A stretch of 14,500 nucleotides of DNA. It comes from Candidatus Bathyarchaeota archaeon. GTDB lineage: Archaea; Thermoproteota; Bathyarchaeia; TCS64. Under the pieces are notes generated by a model. It was not told the origin of the DNA. It worked only from the letters and a program-made list of their open reading frames with translations, and searched no databases. Where the stretch lies: assembly GCA_043826455.1 (NCBI GenBank), contig JBDRQD010000011.1, positions 1 to 14,500 of the forward strand, written 5' to 3'. The translations under genes were made by a program, and so were the position numbers. Shown here one piece after another: positions 7,514-14,179 of the stretch (the stretch's first letter is position 1; every line of letters starts with the position of its first letter).

Positions 7514-8693
7514 GGTGCCTGACCAACCAGAGCCCCGCCCCTACGAGCCCCACATACCCGACGCCTTCAAGGTGGACATGGCCAAGCTCCGCCGGGAGCG
7601 CAACCCCGTTTTTGACCCCATCATCAGGTCCCATGTGGACTGGGGCCTCTTCTATGAGGGCGGCTACCACAGCCTCCTCCACGGCAAGACCGGCGCCGGC
7701 AAGACCACGCTTCAGCTGTACCTTCTATGGATTCTGCATGAAGCGGGGCACCGGATCGTACACAGGGACGACGGCAACCGCGAGTTCCTGTACCTGGCGC
7801 CCTACGTGCCTATGGTGGTGTGGCACCCCGAGGGCACAGTCTTCGAGCTGAAGGCTCCTCACCGGTACCCTAACGTGGAGATACGGACCTTCACGGAGCC
7901 CGGGGAGATACTGGACGCCGTATATAAGACTCCTCAGCGGTTCCACGCCATTCTCTACGACTGTTACTGCTTTAAGCCTGGTCCCCAGGCCCGGTTCTAC
8001 AGCGAGTTCTTCAAGACCCTCATATTCCGGTGTATGCAGGCAGAGTACGAGGACTGGGACGAGGAGGATGAGACGGAGGGCGACGAGACCAGGGAGCCCC
8101 TGGTGGCCAGCTTCGACGAGATCAACGACCTGATACCGCCTAGAGGTAAGAGCCTCAGCAAGGACCACGCCGACGTACTCGGACAGATAGTGCAGAGCAT
8201 CAGGAAGCTCCGCAAGTACCGGGTCACCCTCATAGCCAGCGTCCACAGGTTCAACCAGTTAGACCTGGACGTGCGATCTCAGTTCTCATATTACTGGATT
8301 AAGAAGAGCTACGGCCAGGACATTTACCACTTCATGAACACGAACCTGTGGACGGTGACCGCTCAGAGCTACCAGGCCGCCATGAGGTTCGTAACCGCCA
8401 TGCCCAGGGACCAGGTGCTACTATTCGACGGGGACGGCAACTACGACAAGATGCGGTGGCCCGACATACCCCGAGTTAAGCCCCGTAACCGGGTGAAGGG
8501 CGAGATCAAGGCAGAGGAGGACGAGGGAGGGAGGTTCGACGAGATCGACTTGATCATAGCCGTCGCCAGGTCCAAGCAGCCCCCAGAGAGCTTCCGTAGT
8601 ATCGCCGACCGGCTGGGCCGCGCCCCGAGCAGCATAAGGGGACGGGCCGCCAAGCTTCGGAGGCTCCCCCACCTCCAGGAGGCCATGCAGTGA
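7506..8693 (+). CDS. P-loop ATPase of the FtsK/HerA class (Zot-like, A32-like packaging, or coupling type) with C-terminal helix-turn-helix
   Basis: Walker A GKTGAGKT (7683-7706) and Walker B LVASFDE (to 8120). RKLRKY (Arg-finger-like) is followed by TLIASVH and LDLDVRSQ, the usual FtsK/HerA motif order. HTH-like SFRSIADRLGRAPSSIRGRAAKL lies near the end. Start may be GTG 7515. Confidence 0.8.
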   Translation: MSKVPDQPEPRPYEPHIPDAFKVDMAKLRRERNPVFDPIIRSHVDWGLFYEGGYHSLLHGKTGAGKTTLQLYLLWILHEAGHRIVHRDDGNREFLYLAPYVPMVVWHPEGTVFELKAPHRYPNVEIRTFTEPGEILDAVYKTPQRFHAILYDCYCFKPGPQARFYSEFFKTLIFRCMQAEYEDWDEEDETEGDETREPLVASFDEINDLIPPRGKSLSKDHADVLGQIVQSIRKLRKYRVTLIASVHRFNQLDLDVRSQFSYYWIKKSYGQDIYHFMNTNLWTVTAQSYQAAMRFVTAMPRDQVLLFDGDGNYDKMRWPDIPRVKPRNRVKGEIKAEEDEGGRFDEIDLIIAVARSKQPPESFRSIADRLGRAPSSIRGRAAKLRRLPHLQEAMQ

Positions 8694-9370
8694 CGCCGCC
8701 GAGAACTCGGGGTTGGTGGCGTGACCATGACTACACGAGGCGGTCCGTGCTCCGGGACATCGAGGGCTTCATCGGGTGGGGCGCCCTCACGGATCTCGTT
8801 GAGTCAGCCGAGTCGGAGCTGGAGAAGGCCTTCCTCAGCACCGCGTTCCTCACCGGGGGCCGGGTATCCGAGGTCCTAGGGCTAACCAGGGACATGTTCG
8901 ACGTCGACCGGGAGGGAGGAGTGGCCGTCGTCAGAAACATGCCGCGTCTAAAGGTGTTCAAGAAAATTGGTGAGCTTCCCGATGGAAGCTGGGAGACAGA
9001 GTCCCTTGACGCGGTCCGAAGGCCCTTCCCATTGATCATCCAGGAGCCGTTGATGCCCTACCTGCTGGGCTGGCTTGAACGGGCAGGCAGTGGCTACCTT
9101 TTCCCCAGCCCACGTCGACTCGGGAGGCCTCTCAGCCGAGCCTGGGGCTACAAGACCGTTGTAAGAGTGGGTGAGAGAGCCGGGCTGGACATCTGGCCCC
9201 ACTGGCTCAGAAGCCAACGGGCCAGCCAGTTGGCGGCTGACTACAACCTCCAGGTTCTCGACCTGGTTGATTACTTCACTTGGCAGAAGGCGGACATGGC
9301 TCTTCATTACAGTCGGAGAGGCTGGGCCGGGCTGTTGGCGCGGATGAGGCCTCTGTCGCTGTACGTGTAG
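8690..9370 (+). CDS. Tyrosine recombinase/integrase, catalytic domain only (226 aa)
   Basis: TGGR58VSEVLGL, YLFPS, H171WLR174, W198 and Y207 give the R...HxxR...W...Y catalytic set. GTGA overlap with the ATPase stop codon. Confidence 0.88.
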   Translation: MTPPRTRGWWRDHDYTRRSVLRDIEGFIGWGALTDLVESAESELEKAFLSTAFLTGGRVSEVLGLTRDMFDVDREGGVAVVRNMPRLKVFKKIGELPDGSWETESLDAVRRPFPLIIQEPLMPYLLGWLERAGSGYLFPSPRRLGRPLSRAWGYKTVVRVGERAGLDIWPHWLRSQRASQLAADYNLQVLDLVDYFTWQKADMALHYSRRGWAGLLARMRPLSLYV

Positions 9371-9378
9371 GAGGTGGG

Positions 9379-9444
9379 TTGAAGGTGTACGGTGGATGGT
9401 ATACTGCGGCAGCGTCGAACCTTAGCAACGAGTTAAAGGAGTGA
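9379..9444 (+). CDS. Putative 21-aa micro-ORF (MKVYGGWYTAAASNLSNELKE)
   Basis: Strong archaeal SD GGAGGTG (9370-9376) just before TTG; stop overlaps the next GTG (GTGA). Confidence 0.3.
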   Translation: MKVYGGWYTAAASNLSNELKE

Positions 9445-9533
9445 GGTGGAGGCCTCAGAGGCTCAGGGAGGAGCTCTGCCCCGAGTGCCTTGAGAAGTAC
9501 GAGAAGGTGATGGAGGGTGGCTGTGAGCGATAG
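9441..9533 (+). CDS. Putative 30-aa micro-ORF with CPEC motif (half zinc finger; possibly a decayed gene)
   Basis: MRWRPQRLREELCPECLEKYEKVMEGGCER. LCPEC-x-x-x-Y is typical of small archaeal viral Zn-finger proteins; overlaps both neighbours. Confidence 0.4.
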   Translation: MRWRPQRLREELCPECLEKYEKVMEGGCER

Positions 9534-9750
9534 GCGGTACCGTCTGAACGCGGAGGAGCTTGAATTGGTCATCACCGGGCTAGTCTTCATCATCGACGGG
9601 GCTGAGGACCCCCGCCTCAGTGAGGCTGCCCTAGCTCTTGGCCGTCGCCTCTCTCAGGGCCGGCAGGGGAGGCCGGGCGGGAGGTGGACCCGGGAGGCGA
9701 ACCGGCTCTGGCTCTTGGCGGAGAGGCGTTCGGAGACCCGGAAATGGTGA
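9523..9750 (+). CDS. Small basic hypothetical protein (~75 aa)
   Basis: Track ORF 9517..9750; GGAGGGTG SD favours GTG at 9523. Arg-rich C-terminus with GRP motif. Confidence 0.55.
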   Translation: MSDRRYRLNAEELELVITGLVFIIDGAEDPRLSEAALALGRRLSQGRQGRPGGRWTREANRLWLLAERRSETRKW

Positions 9751-9792
9751 ATGGGGCCATTACTTTCGGCCATGTGTCTAATGGAGCCATTA
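9750..9792. promoter_or_regulatory. Pair of palindromic sites AATGG-NG-CCATT(A), 30 bp apart
   Basis: aatggggccatta (9750-9762) and aatggagccatta (9780-9792) are 12/13 identical, and each is an inverted repeat with a 2-nt spacer. Confidence 0.5.
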
Positions 9793-9878
9793 AAAAGGCG
9801 TGAATATGCCTCCTTTCGGGAATCCGGGCGGTTTAACGGGTTTTCAGGTGGGTGGGCGGGCGTACGGTGCCTAAGGGG

Positions 9879-9892
9879 TATACTATAGTATA
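9879..9892. repeat. Perfect 14-bp palindrome TATACTATAGTATA
   Basis: Reads identically on both strands; an AT island flanked by GGGG tracts in GC-rich context. Confidence 0.7.
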
Positions 9893-10344
9893 GAGGGGCG
9901 CCCGGGGGAAGGTTTTCGCGGGTTTTCTATCAGGGCCATGCTAAAGCTAGCTAAACAAGCCGATTGTTATCCTTACAGCCCTAAGGTTGACTTTTAACCA
10001 TTTAATATAATTCAATCCAAGCGCCAAGTCTGAAGAGCATCTATGGATAACGAACATTCAGAAGGCGGGTCAAGAGGTCAGCTTGAAATAGGTTCAACCA
10101 ATCACTCATCAGAATAAACGGGGAAGAGGACCTTTTCATATTCTTTATGTACACATTTAAGTTTGATAGATCCACAGACTAAATTCCATTATGCACTGGA
10201 TCTGTGGAATAGTTTAAGCTCGCTTAGGCGTGAAAGCATAGTCATCCCTAGTCTAGAAGATTAAAAATAAAGTAAAGAAAATGGGGTTTGTGGGTTTAGC
10301 CCGCGATCCTTCTGCTTATCTGCATAAGGCTTACGATTGCTGCG

Positions 10345-10677
10345 TTGGTGGCTGCTGTGGACGCTGCGCTGGGGTTGAAGGATAGAGGATATTGTAAAGC
10401 GTACGAGTACCTGGAGAAGCACACTGGGCTTCTTGTAACCTTCGCGGAGCTGGCGTTGGAGGGCGTTGAGGTGCCTTACACTACTAACCGGGTGGAGCGG
10501 CTCATGGGTGAGGTGGCGAAGCGTTGTAAGAACAGGTGGATGCACTGGAGCACAGAGGGACTGGAGAACCTGTTGAACATTCTACTGGTGAAATATTGTG
10601 ACAAGGAGCTGTATGCCAGTTTGAAGGAGAAGTATTATAGCGATGCGGAGGCTGTCATCAATGTGAAGGCAACGTAG
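10345..10677 (+). pseudogene. C-terminal remnant of an ISH6/IS256-like DDE transposase
   Basis: YTTNRVERLMGEVAKRCK...WSTEGLENLL matches the TxNxxER-M-x-E (catalytic E helix) and WSxxG pattern. Only ~110 aa remain and the N-terminal part is absent. Confidence 0.75.
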
Positions 10678-10819
10678 TGAAAAGTTGCCATGTAACATTG
10701 TTTCATTCCGCCTCTAATGGCGTCAGCCAATATCCGTTAACCAATAAGCAGACGGCACCAAGATTTGAGCATTAGTGTAATCGCTAAAAGAAGCCGTCAA
10801 TCACCACATACAACAAGTA

Positions 10820-12496
10820 TCACCAGACTAGACTGCTGATAGATACTAGAAAATAGAATAAGGAATAAACCACCGTGAAAACCGTTGAAGATAAGCCACG
10901 CCTCTCGTAAACCCAGAACATGGCCAAGGCTCCGAAGAACCCAAAAGGAATGTTATACAGGATCCGAGACTTGTTCGTCTCAAACGAAACAAAGTAGACC
11001 AGCGAAGACAAAATGACGAGGAACCATAGCCAACGCCCAGGGACATCATCAACCTTAAGAATGTACAGACCTATCGTGGCCAGCCCCAGCAAGACAAGGT
11101 TAGAGATGAACCCGCCGTAGATGTATGGGAAACAGAAGAAGAGACTGCTCCAGATATCGCCAAAGTCTACGAGGCCACTTACCGCCGTCGAGGTCACTGC
11201 CACCCCACCACCGCCCCCCAATGCCACAATCTTAACCACCTCGGCCAACCCCACCACCCCCAAGTAACCCCCAAGATAAAAGGCCCGGTTCTCGTACTTA
11301 GGCCCCCTCCGATACAGTACAAGGCCTATGATAGGCACCAGGCCCACGAGGTACTGGTCCATAGTCCAAGGATGAGTATAAACTAATAGACTGCCAACAA
11401 GAGAAGCCAACCCCAAGATTCTAAGGTTTTCCTCACGGATCGCCCGGAACAGCAGCCCCAGGGAGAAGAGAACTATGCTCAGAGCCAGAAGATTAGACAA
11501 GAAGAACGCATACAGACCCACCGTCACAGTCATACCGGTAGAGGAGAGGAAGGCACACCACGCCGCCAGCCGTGAGTTCCTAAAGATCTCCCAAGAAAAA
11601 TAGTACGACGCCAACACAAACATGGGATTAAGCAAGACCGGCAGAAACTGTAGCGCCGTGTGAGTGTCTAACCCGGTCACCCACCTGAACCCATAGAAGA
11701 AGAGGAAAAAGAACAGCCGCTGAGCCCCCACACCACTGGTCAGCCCACCCCACATATCTTCAACCGAGTAGAACCACTGGAAATAATGGGGGAGATCCAC
11801 CCCGAAGTCCACACCACTGAGATTCACCGAGGGAAAATAGGGGTAAACAGCCGCATATACCGAGAGGAACACAGAGAACCCCAGGAGCAACCTGCTAAAC
11901 CTATCAAACTCAGACTCACCCACCGTCAACTCCGGGAGCCTGAGCTTAACCCCTAACAACGGTTTAATCAACCAGAAGAAGAGGAAAGGCAATACAAGAA
12001 CCGGAAACAGGCGCCTGAGGACATGGTGAACATTATACATCAAGGCTGTGATCCCCGTAAGAGGACTAGGCACACCAAGCGGCCTGAGCACCCCCCAGTG
12101 GACTACCCCCAAACCAAGGAAAAACGATAAGACCCAGCACAACGAACTTGTGAACCTTCCCCTATCCCCCATATAGACCACACCCACCAGGCACATGAAC
12201 AGCGAGGCCGCTGAGACCCCCAGCTCCACACTGTACAGACAGTAAAACAGGGGCGCGGACGCCAACAGGACGCTCCACCTACCCGACAGGAAGTTCACCG
12301 CCGCCCACAGCACCATGAGGGCCACCATGGGCACCACCAGGCTGAACCCCAACTCAAAGTACCTGAACCCCACCTTCCTCTGGATCATGGGATGGTACCT
12401 CACCTGGAAAAAGTCCAGCAACTGCAAGACCCCAAAGATCAACTGAAACGACAACACGTACGGGTACCCGCGGCCAAGCAACTCTCTGGCGTCCAA
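10820..12496 (-). CDS. Polytopic membrane protein, probable GT-C-fold (PMT/ArnT/STT3-like) glycosyltransferase, 558 aa
   Basis: More than 10 hydrophobic helices. Loop motif GVDLPHY follows a TM helix, then LLNPMFVLASYYFSWEIF and YTHPWT, a pattern common in archaeal GT-C-like proteins. TTG start. Confidence 0.7.
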   Translation of the reverse strand: MDARELLGRGYPYVLSFQLIFGVLQLLDFFQVRYHPMIQRKVGFRYFELGFSLVVPMVALMVLWAAVNFLSGRWSVLLASAPLFYCLYSVELGVSAASLFMCLVGVVYMGDRGRFTSSLCWVLSFFLGLGVVHWGVLRPLGVPSPLTGITALMYNVHHVLRRLFPVLVLPFLFFWLIKPLLGVKLRLPELTVGESEFDRFSRLLLGFSVFLSVYAAVYPYFPSVNLSGVDFGVDLPHYFQWFYSVEDMWGGLTSGVGAQRLFFFLFFYGFRWVTGLDTHTALQFLPVLLNPMFVLASYYFSWEIFRNSRLAAWCAFLSSTGMTVTVGLYAFFLSNLLALSIVLFSLGLLFRAIREENLRILGLASLVGSLLVYTHPWTMDQYLVGLVPIIGLVLYRRGPKYENRAFYLGGYLGVVGLAEVVKIVALGGGGGVAVTSTAVSGLVDFGDIWSSLFFCFPYIYGGFISNLVLLGLATIGLYILKVDDVPGRWLWFLVILSSLVYFVSFETNKSRILYNIPFGFFGALAMFWVYERRGLSSTVFTVVYSLFYFLVSISSLVW

Positions 12497-12520
12497 ACCA
12501 GACTAGAGGAAGACTACAAC

Positions 12521-12530
12521 CTATAAATAA
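12521..12530 (-). promoter_or_regulatory. Archaeal TATA box for the membrane protein gene (leaderless)
   Basis: Minus-strand TTATTTATAG; TTTATA lies ~26-31 nt upstream of the TTG at 12496. Confidence 0.5.
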
Positions 12531-12653
12531 CTAAGGAAAGCCCACCAAACCCAACGCTCCCACAATCACAACGACGCCGACGAGTCCCCTTACGATACGT
12601 GACGCAGAAAGCCCACGACTTTAACCGTGGGATGAATGCACTCAACATAAACA

Positions 12654-12658
12654 TTATA
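12654..12658 (+). promoter_or_regulatory. TATA-like box for tnpA
   Basis: TTATA 25-29 nt upstream of ATG 12683. Confidence 0.4.
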
Positions 12659-12682
12659 CATTCATCAACCATCTAATAAGTC

Positions 12683-13084
12683 ATGGCGGGCACCAGATGG
12701 ACCCACAGTAACACCACCGTCTACAACCTCGGATACCACCTCATCTGGTGCCCAAAATAAAGACGAAAAGTGTTTGTTGGAGACATAGAGAAACGTTTAA
12801 AGGCGCTTCTAGTGGAGAAGGCAAGTAAAATAGGCGTATCCATAATTGAAATGGAGATAATGCCCGACCACCTACACTTGTTCATCAAGTCTTCTCCCAC
12901 AGCAAGCCCACACGGGATAGTTCAACAGCTGAAGGGCTACACATCACACGAACTACGAAAGGAGTTCCAGGAGTTGAGGACAAGGCTTCCCTCACTCTGG
13001 ACTCGAAGCTACTACGTGGAGTCCTGCGGGCACATCTCTGAGGAGGCCGTCAAGAAGTACATCGAGGAGCAGAAACACCATTGA
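12683..13084 (+). pseudogene. tnpA: IS200-type Y1 HUH transposase with in-frame nonsense codon
   Basis: MAGTRWTHSNTTVYNLGYHLIWCPK*RRKVF: TAA at 12758-12760 replaces the conserved Tyr of PKYR. HUH motif DHLHLF, LWTRSYY and catalytic KKYIEEQ are intact. Confidence 0.92.
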
Positions 13085-14091
13085 TCCTGACCTACAAGAT
13101 CAGGCATGGCGGAGACTTCTCTAACGAGTTGAGTAAGGCCGGGCGGGTAGCCAGCTTCGCCTTGAAGACAGGGACACAGTCATCCCGCGACGTTAAACAC
13201 ATCGGTTTGAAGTCGATGATCTCTAACCAGATTCTGAGGAAATACAGCCGAAACCGGGTCCTCAAGAAGGTGCGAAGCGTCAAGCTAACCATACCCTCTC
13301 AGGGAATCAGGGTTCTGAGGGAACTGAGGACGCTGATTATTCCATGCCTCGACTTGACCCTGAACTACCACTTCAGGGACGACTTCGAGAAGGTTAACCA
13401 GGTAGAGGTTGGAGACGAGTATGCCTACGTCTCGGTGACTGTTCCAGAGGAGAAGCCGTATGACCCGAAAGGGTGGATTGGGGTTGACCGGAACACCACG
13501 GGGCACATAGCGGTGGTGGCTGACCCTGAGACGGGTAAGGTCCTCAAGCTGGGGAAGTCGGCGAAGCACATCCATGAGAAGTATAGAGGTATACGTCGAA
13601 GCCTCCAGAGCCACGGGAAATACCATAAGGTCAAGGAGATCAGGGACAGGGAGAGCCGAGTCGTCAGAGACCTGAATAACAAGGTCTCTCGGAAGATCGT
13701 GGACGCGGCTAAAGGTTCAGGTAAGGGAATCAAGCTTGAGTTGCTTGAAGGCATAAGGAAGACTACGAGACAGGCAAGGTCGTTCAGGTACGCCCTGCAC
13801 AGTTGGTCGTTCTATCAGCTGGAGAAGATGATAGAGTACAAGGCCAAGCTGCTGGGCGTGCCCGTCGCCTACGTTGATCCAGCCTACACGTCGCAGACGT
13901 GCTCAAGGTGTGGACTCATAGGTGATAGGAACGGGAAGATGTTTAAGTGCCCGAGTTGCGGGCACGTTGAGAACGCCGACGTTAACGCTTCGTTCAACAT
14001 TAGTGTTCGTCAGGTAGGCGTTTCTCGATCCGCCGCAGACAGGGATGCGGTGGAGGGCTGCACTGATACGCCCAGAGAGGCTACGCCGATG
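13081..14091 (+). CDS. tnpB: Compact TnpB RNA-guided endonuclease (~336 aa to the presumed ancestral stop; frame actually stays open past the window end)
   Basis: Hand translation from TTG 13081 (TTGA overlap with tnpA): RuvC-I WIGVD136RN, RuvC-II IKLE220LL, HSWSFYQLEKMIEYKA, VDPAYTSQTC274SRC277, FKC290PSC293 and RuvC-III NAD300VNASFNI. Confidence 0.92.
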
Positions 14092-14162
14092 AGCGACGGT
14101 GACCTTAGAACCCCACAGGCTTCAGCCGTGGGAGTATGTCAGAAGAACCAGGACAGATGCAT
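13990..14162 (+). ncRNA. Predicted omegaRNA/reRNA (5' end approximate), with guide from the flank 14143-~14162
   Basis: In IS200/IS605 elements the reRNA scaffold overlaps the tnpB 3' end and right end, and the guide comes from adjacent flanking DNA. Only the RE hairpin and boundary are seen directly. Confidence 0.55.
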
Positions 14163-14179
14163 TGCATTGGTCTTGTTAA

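Larger units (their letters stand above)
1..9930 (+). mobile_element. Right-hand part of a putative integrated archaeal virus or integrative element (left part outside the window; right boundary approximate)
   Basis: Co-oriented overlapping genes with no housekeeping functions, plus a polyvalent-type giant protein, ParB-like protein, P-loop ATPase and terminal tyrosine recombinase. Sequence visibly shifts from GC-rich to AT-rich after ~9940. No capsid gene or att duplication is visible in the window. Confidence 0.75.
12594..14142 (+). mobile_element. IS200/IS605-family insertion sequence (tnpA-tnpB), 1549 bp, inserted 3' of TTAC
   Basis: Left end: hairpin CCCACG-actttaac-CGTGGG (12612-12631) preceded by guide AAAG (12608-12611), with TTAC at 12590-12593. 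Right end: hairpin CCCAC(A)GGC-ttca-GCCGTGGG (14112-14132) preceded by GAAC, ending in TCAG (14139-14142). Both guide/cleavage pairs fit the IS608 pairing rule. Confidence 0.9.

Noticed and set aside
306..9593. Numerous minus-strand and alternate-frame ORFs in the track (e.g. 4875..5669, 1176..1724, 5684..6136)
   Set aside because: They are shadows of GC3-biased + strand genes, fully overlapping motif-bearing CDSs, with no recognisable motifs of their own.
9750..9792. Mini-CRISPR interpretation of the two 13-bp palindromic repeats
   Set aside because: Repeats and spacer (17 nt) are too short, there are only two copies, and no cas genes are present.
10041..10139. 32-aa minus-strand ORF MKRSSSPFILMSDWLNLFQADLLTRLLNVRYP
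   Set aside because: Short, with no motif and no independent support.
10171..10208. Inverted repeat TCCACAGA...TCTGTGGA resembling an ORB or operator
   Set aside because: Only 8 bp; lacks the ORB G-string, and there is no adjacent cdc6/orc1.
9790..10340. tRNA or tRNA-fragment att site downstream of the integrase
   Set aside because: No T-loop (GTTCRAATC) or cloverleaf was recognisable on either strand.
10668..10696. GGCAAC...GTTGCC dyad as the terminal inverted repeat of the ISH6-like remnant
   Set aside because: Plausible, but the partner end is missing, so it cannot be verified in this window.
12531..12593. Hydrophobic minus-strand peptide (VRGLVGVVVIVGALGLVGFP*) as a gene interrupted by the IS605 element
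   Set aside because: Rejoining the flanks extends it by only 11 codons before a stop, with no start codon; insufficient support.
12770..13084. Track ORF as an intact 104-aa TnpA
   Set aside because: It lacks the conserved N-terminal YHLIWCPKY strand, which lies upstream of an in-frame TAA; it is the distal part of a pseudogene.
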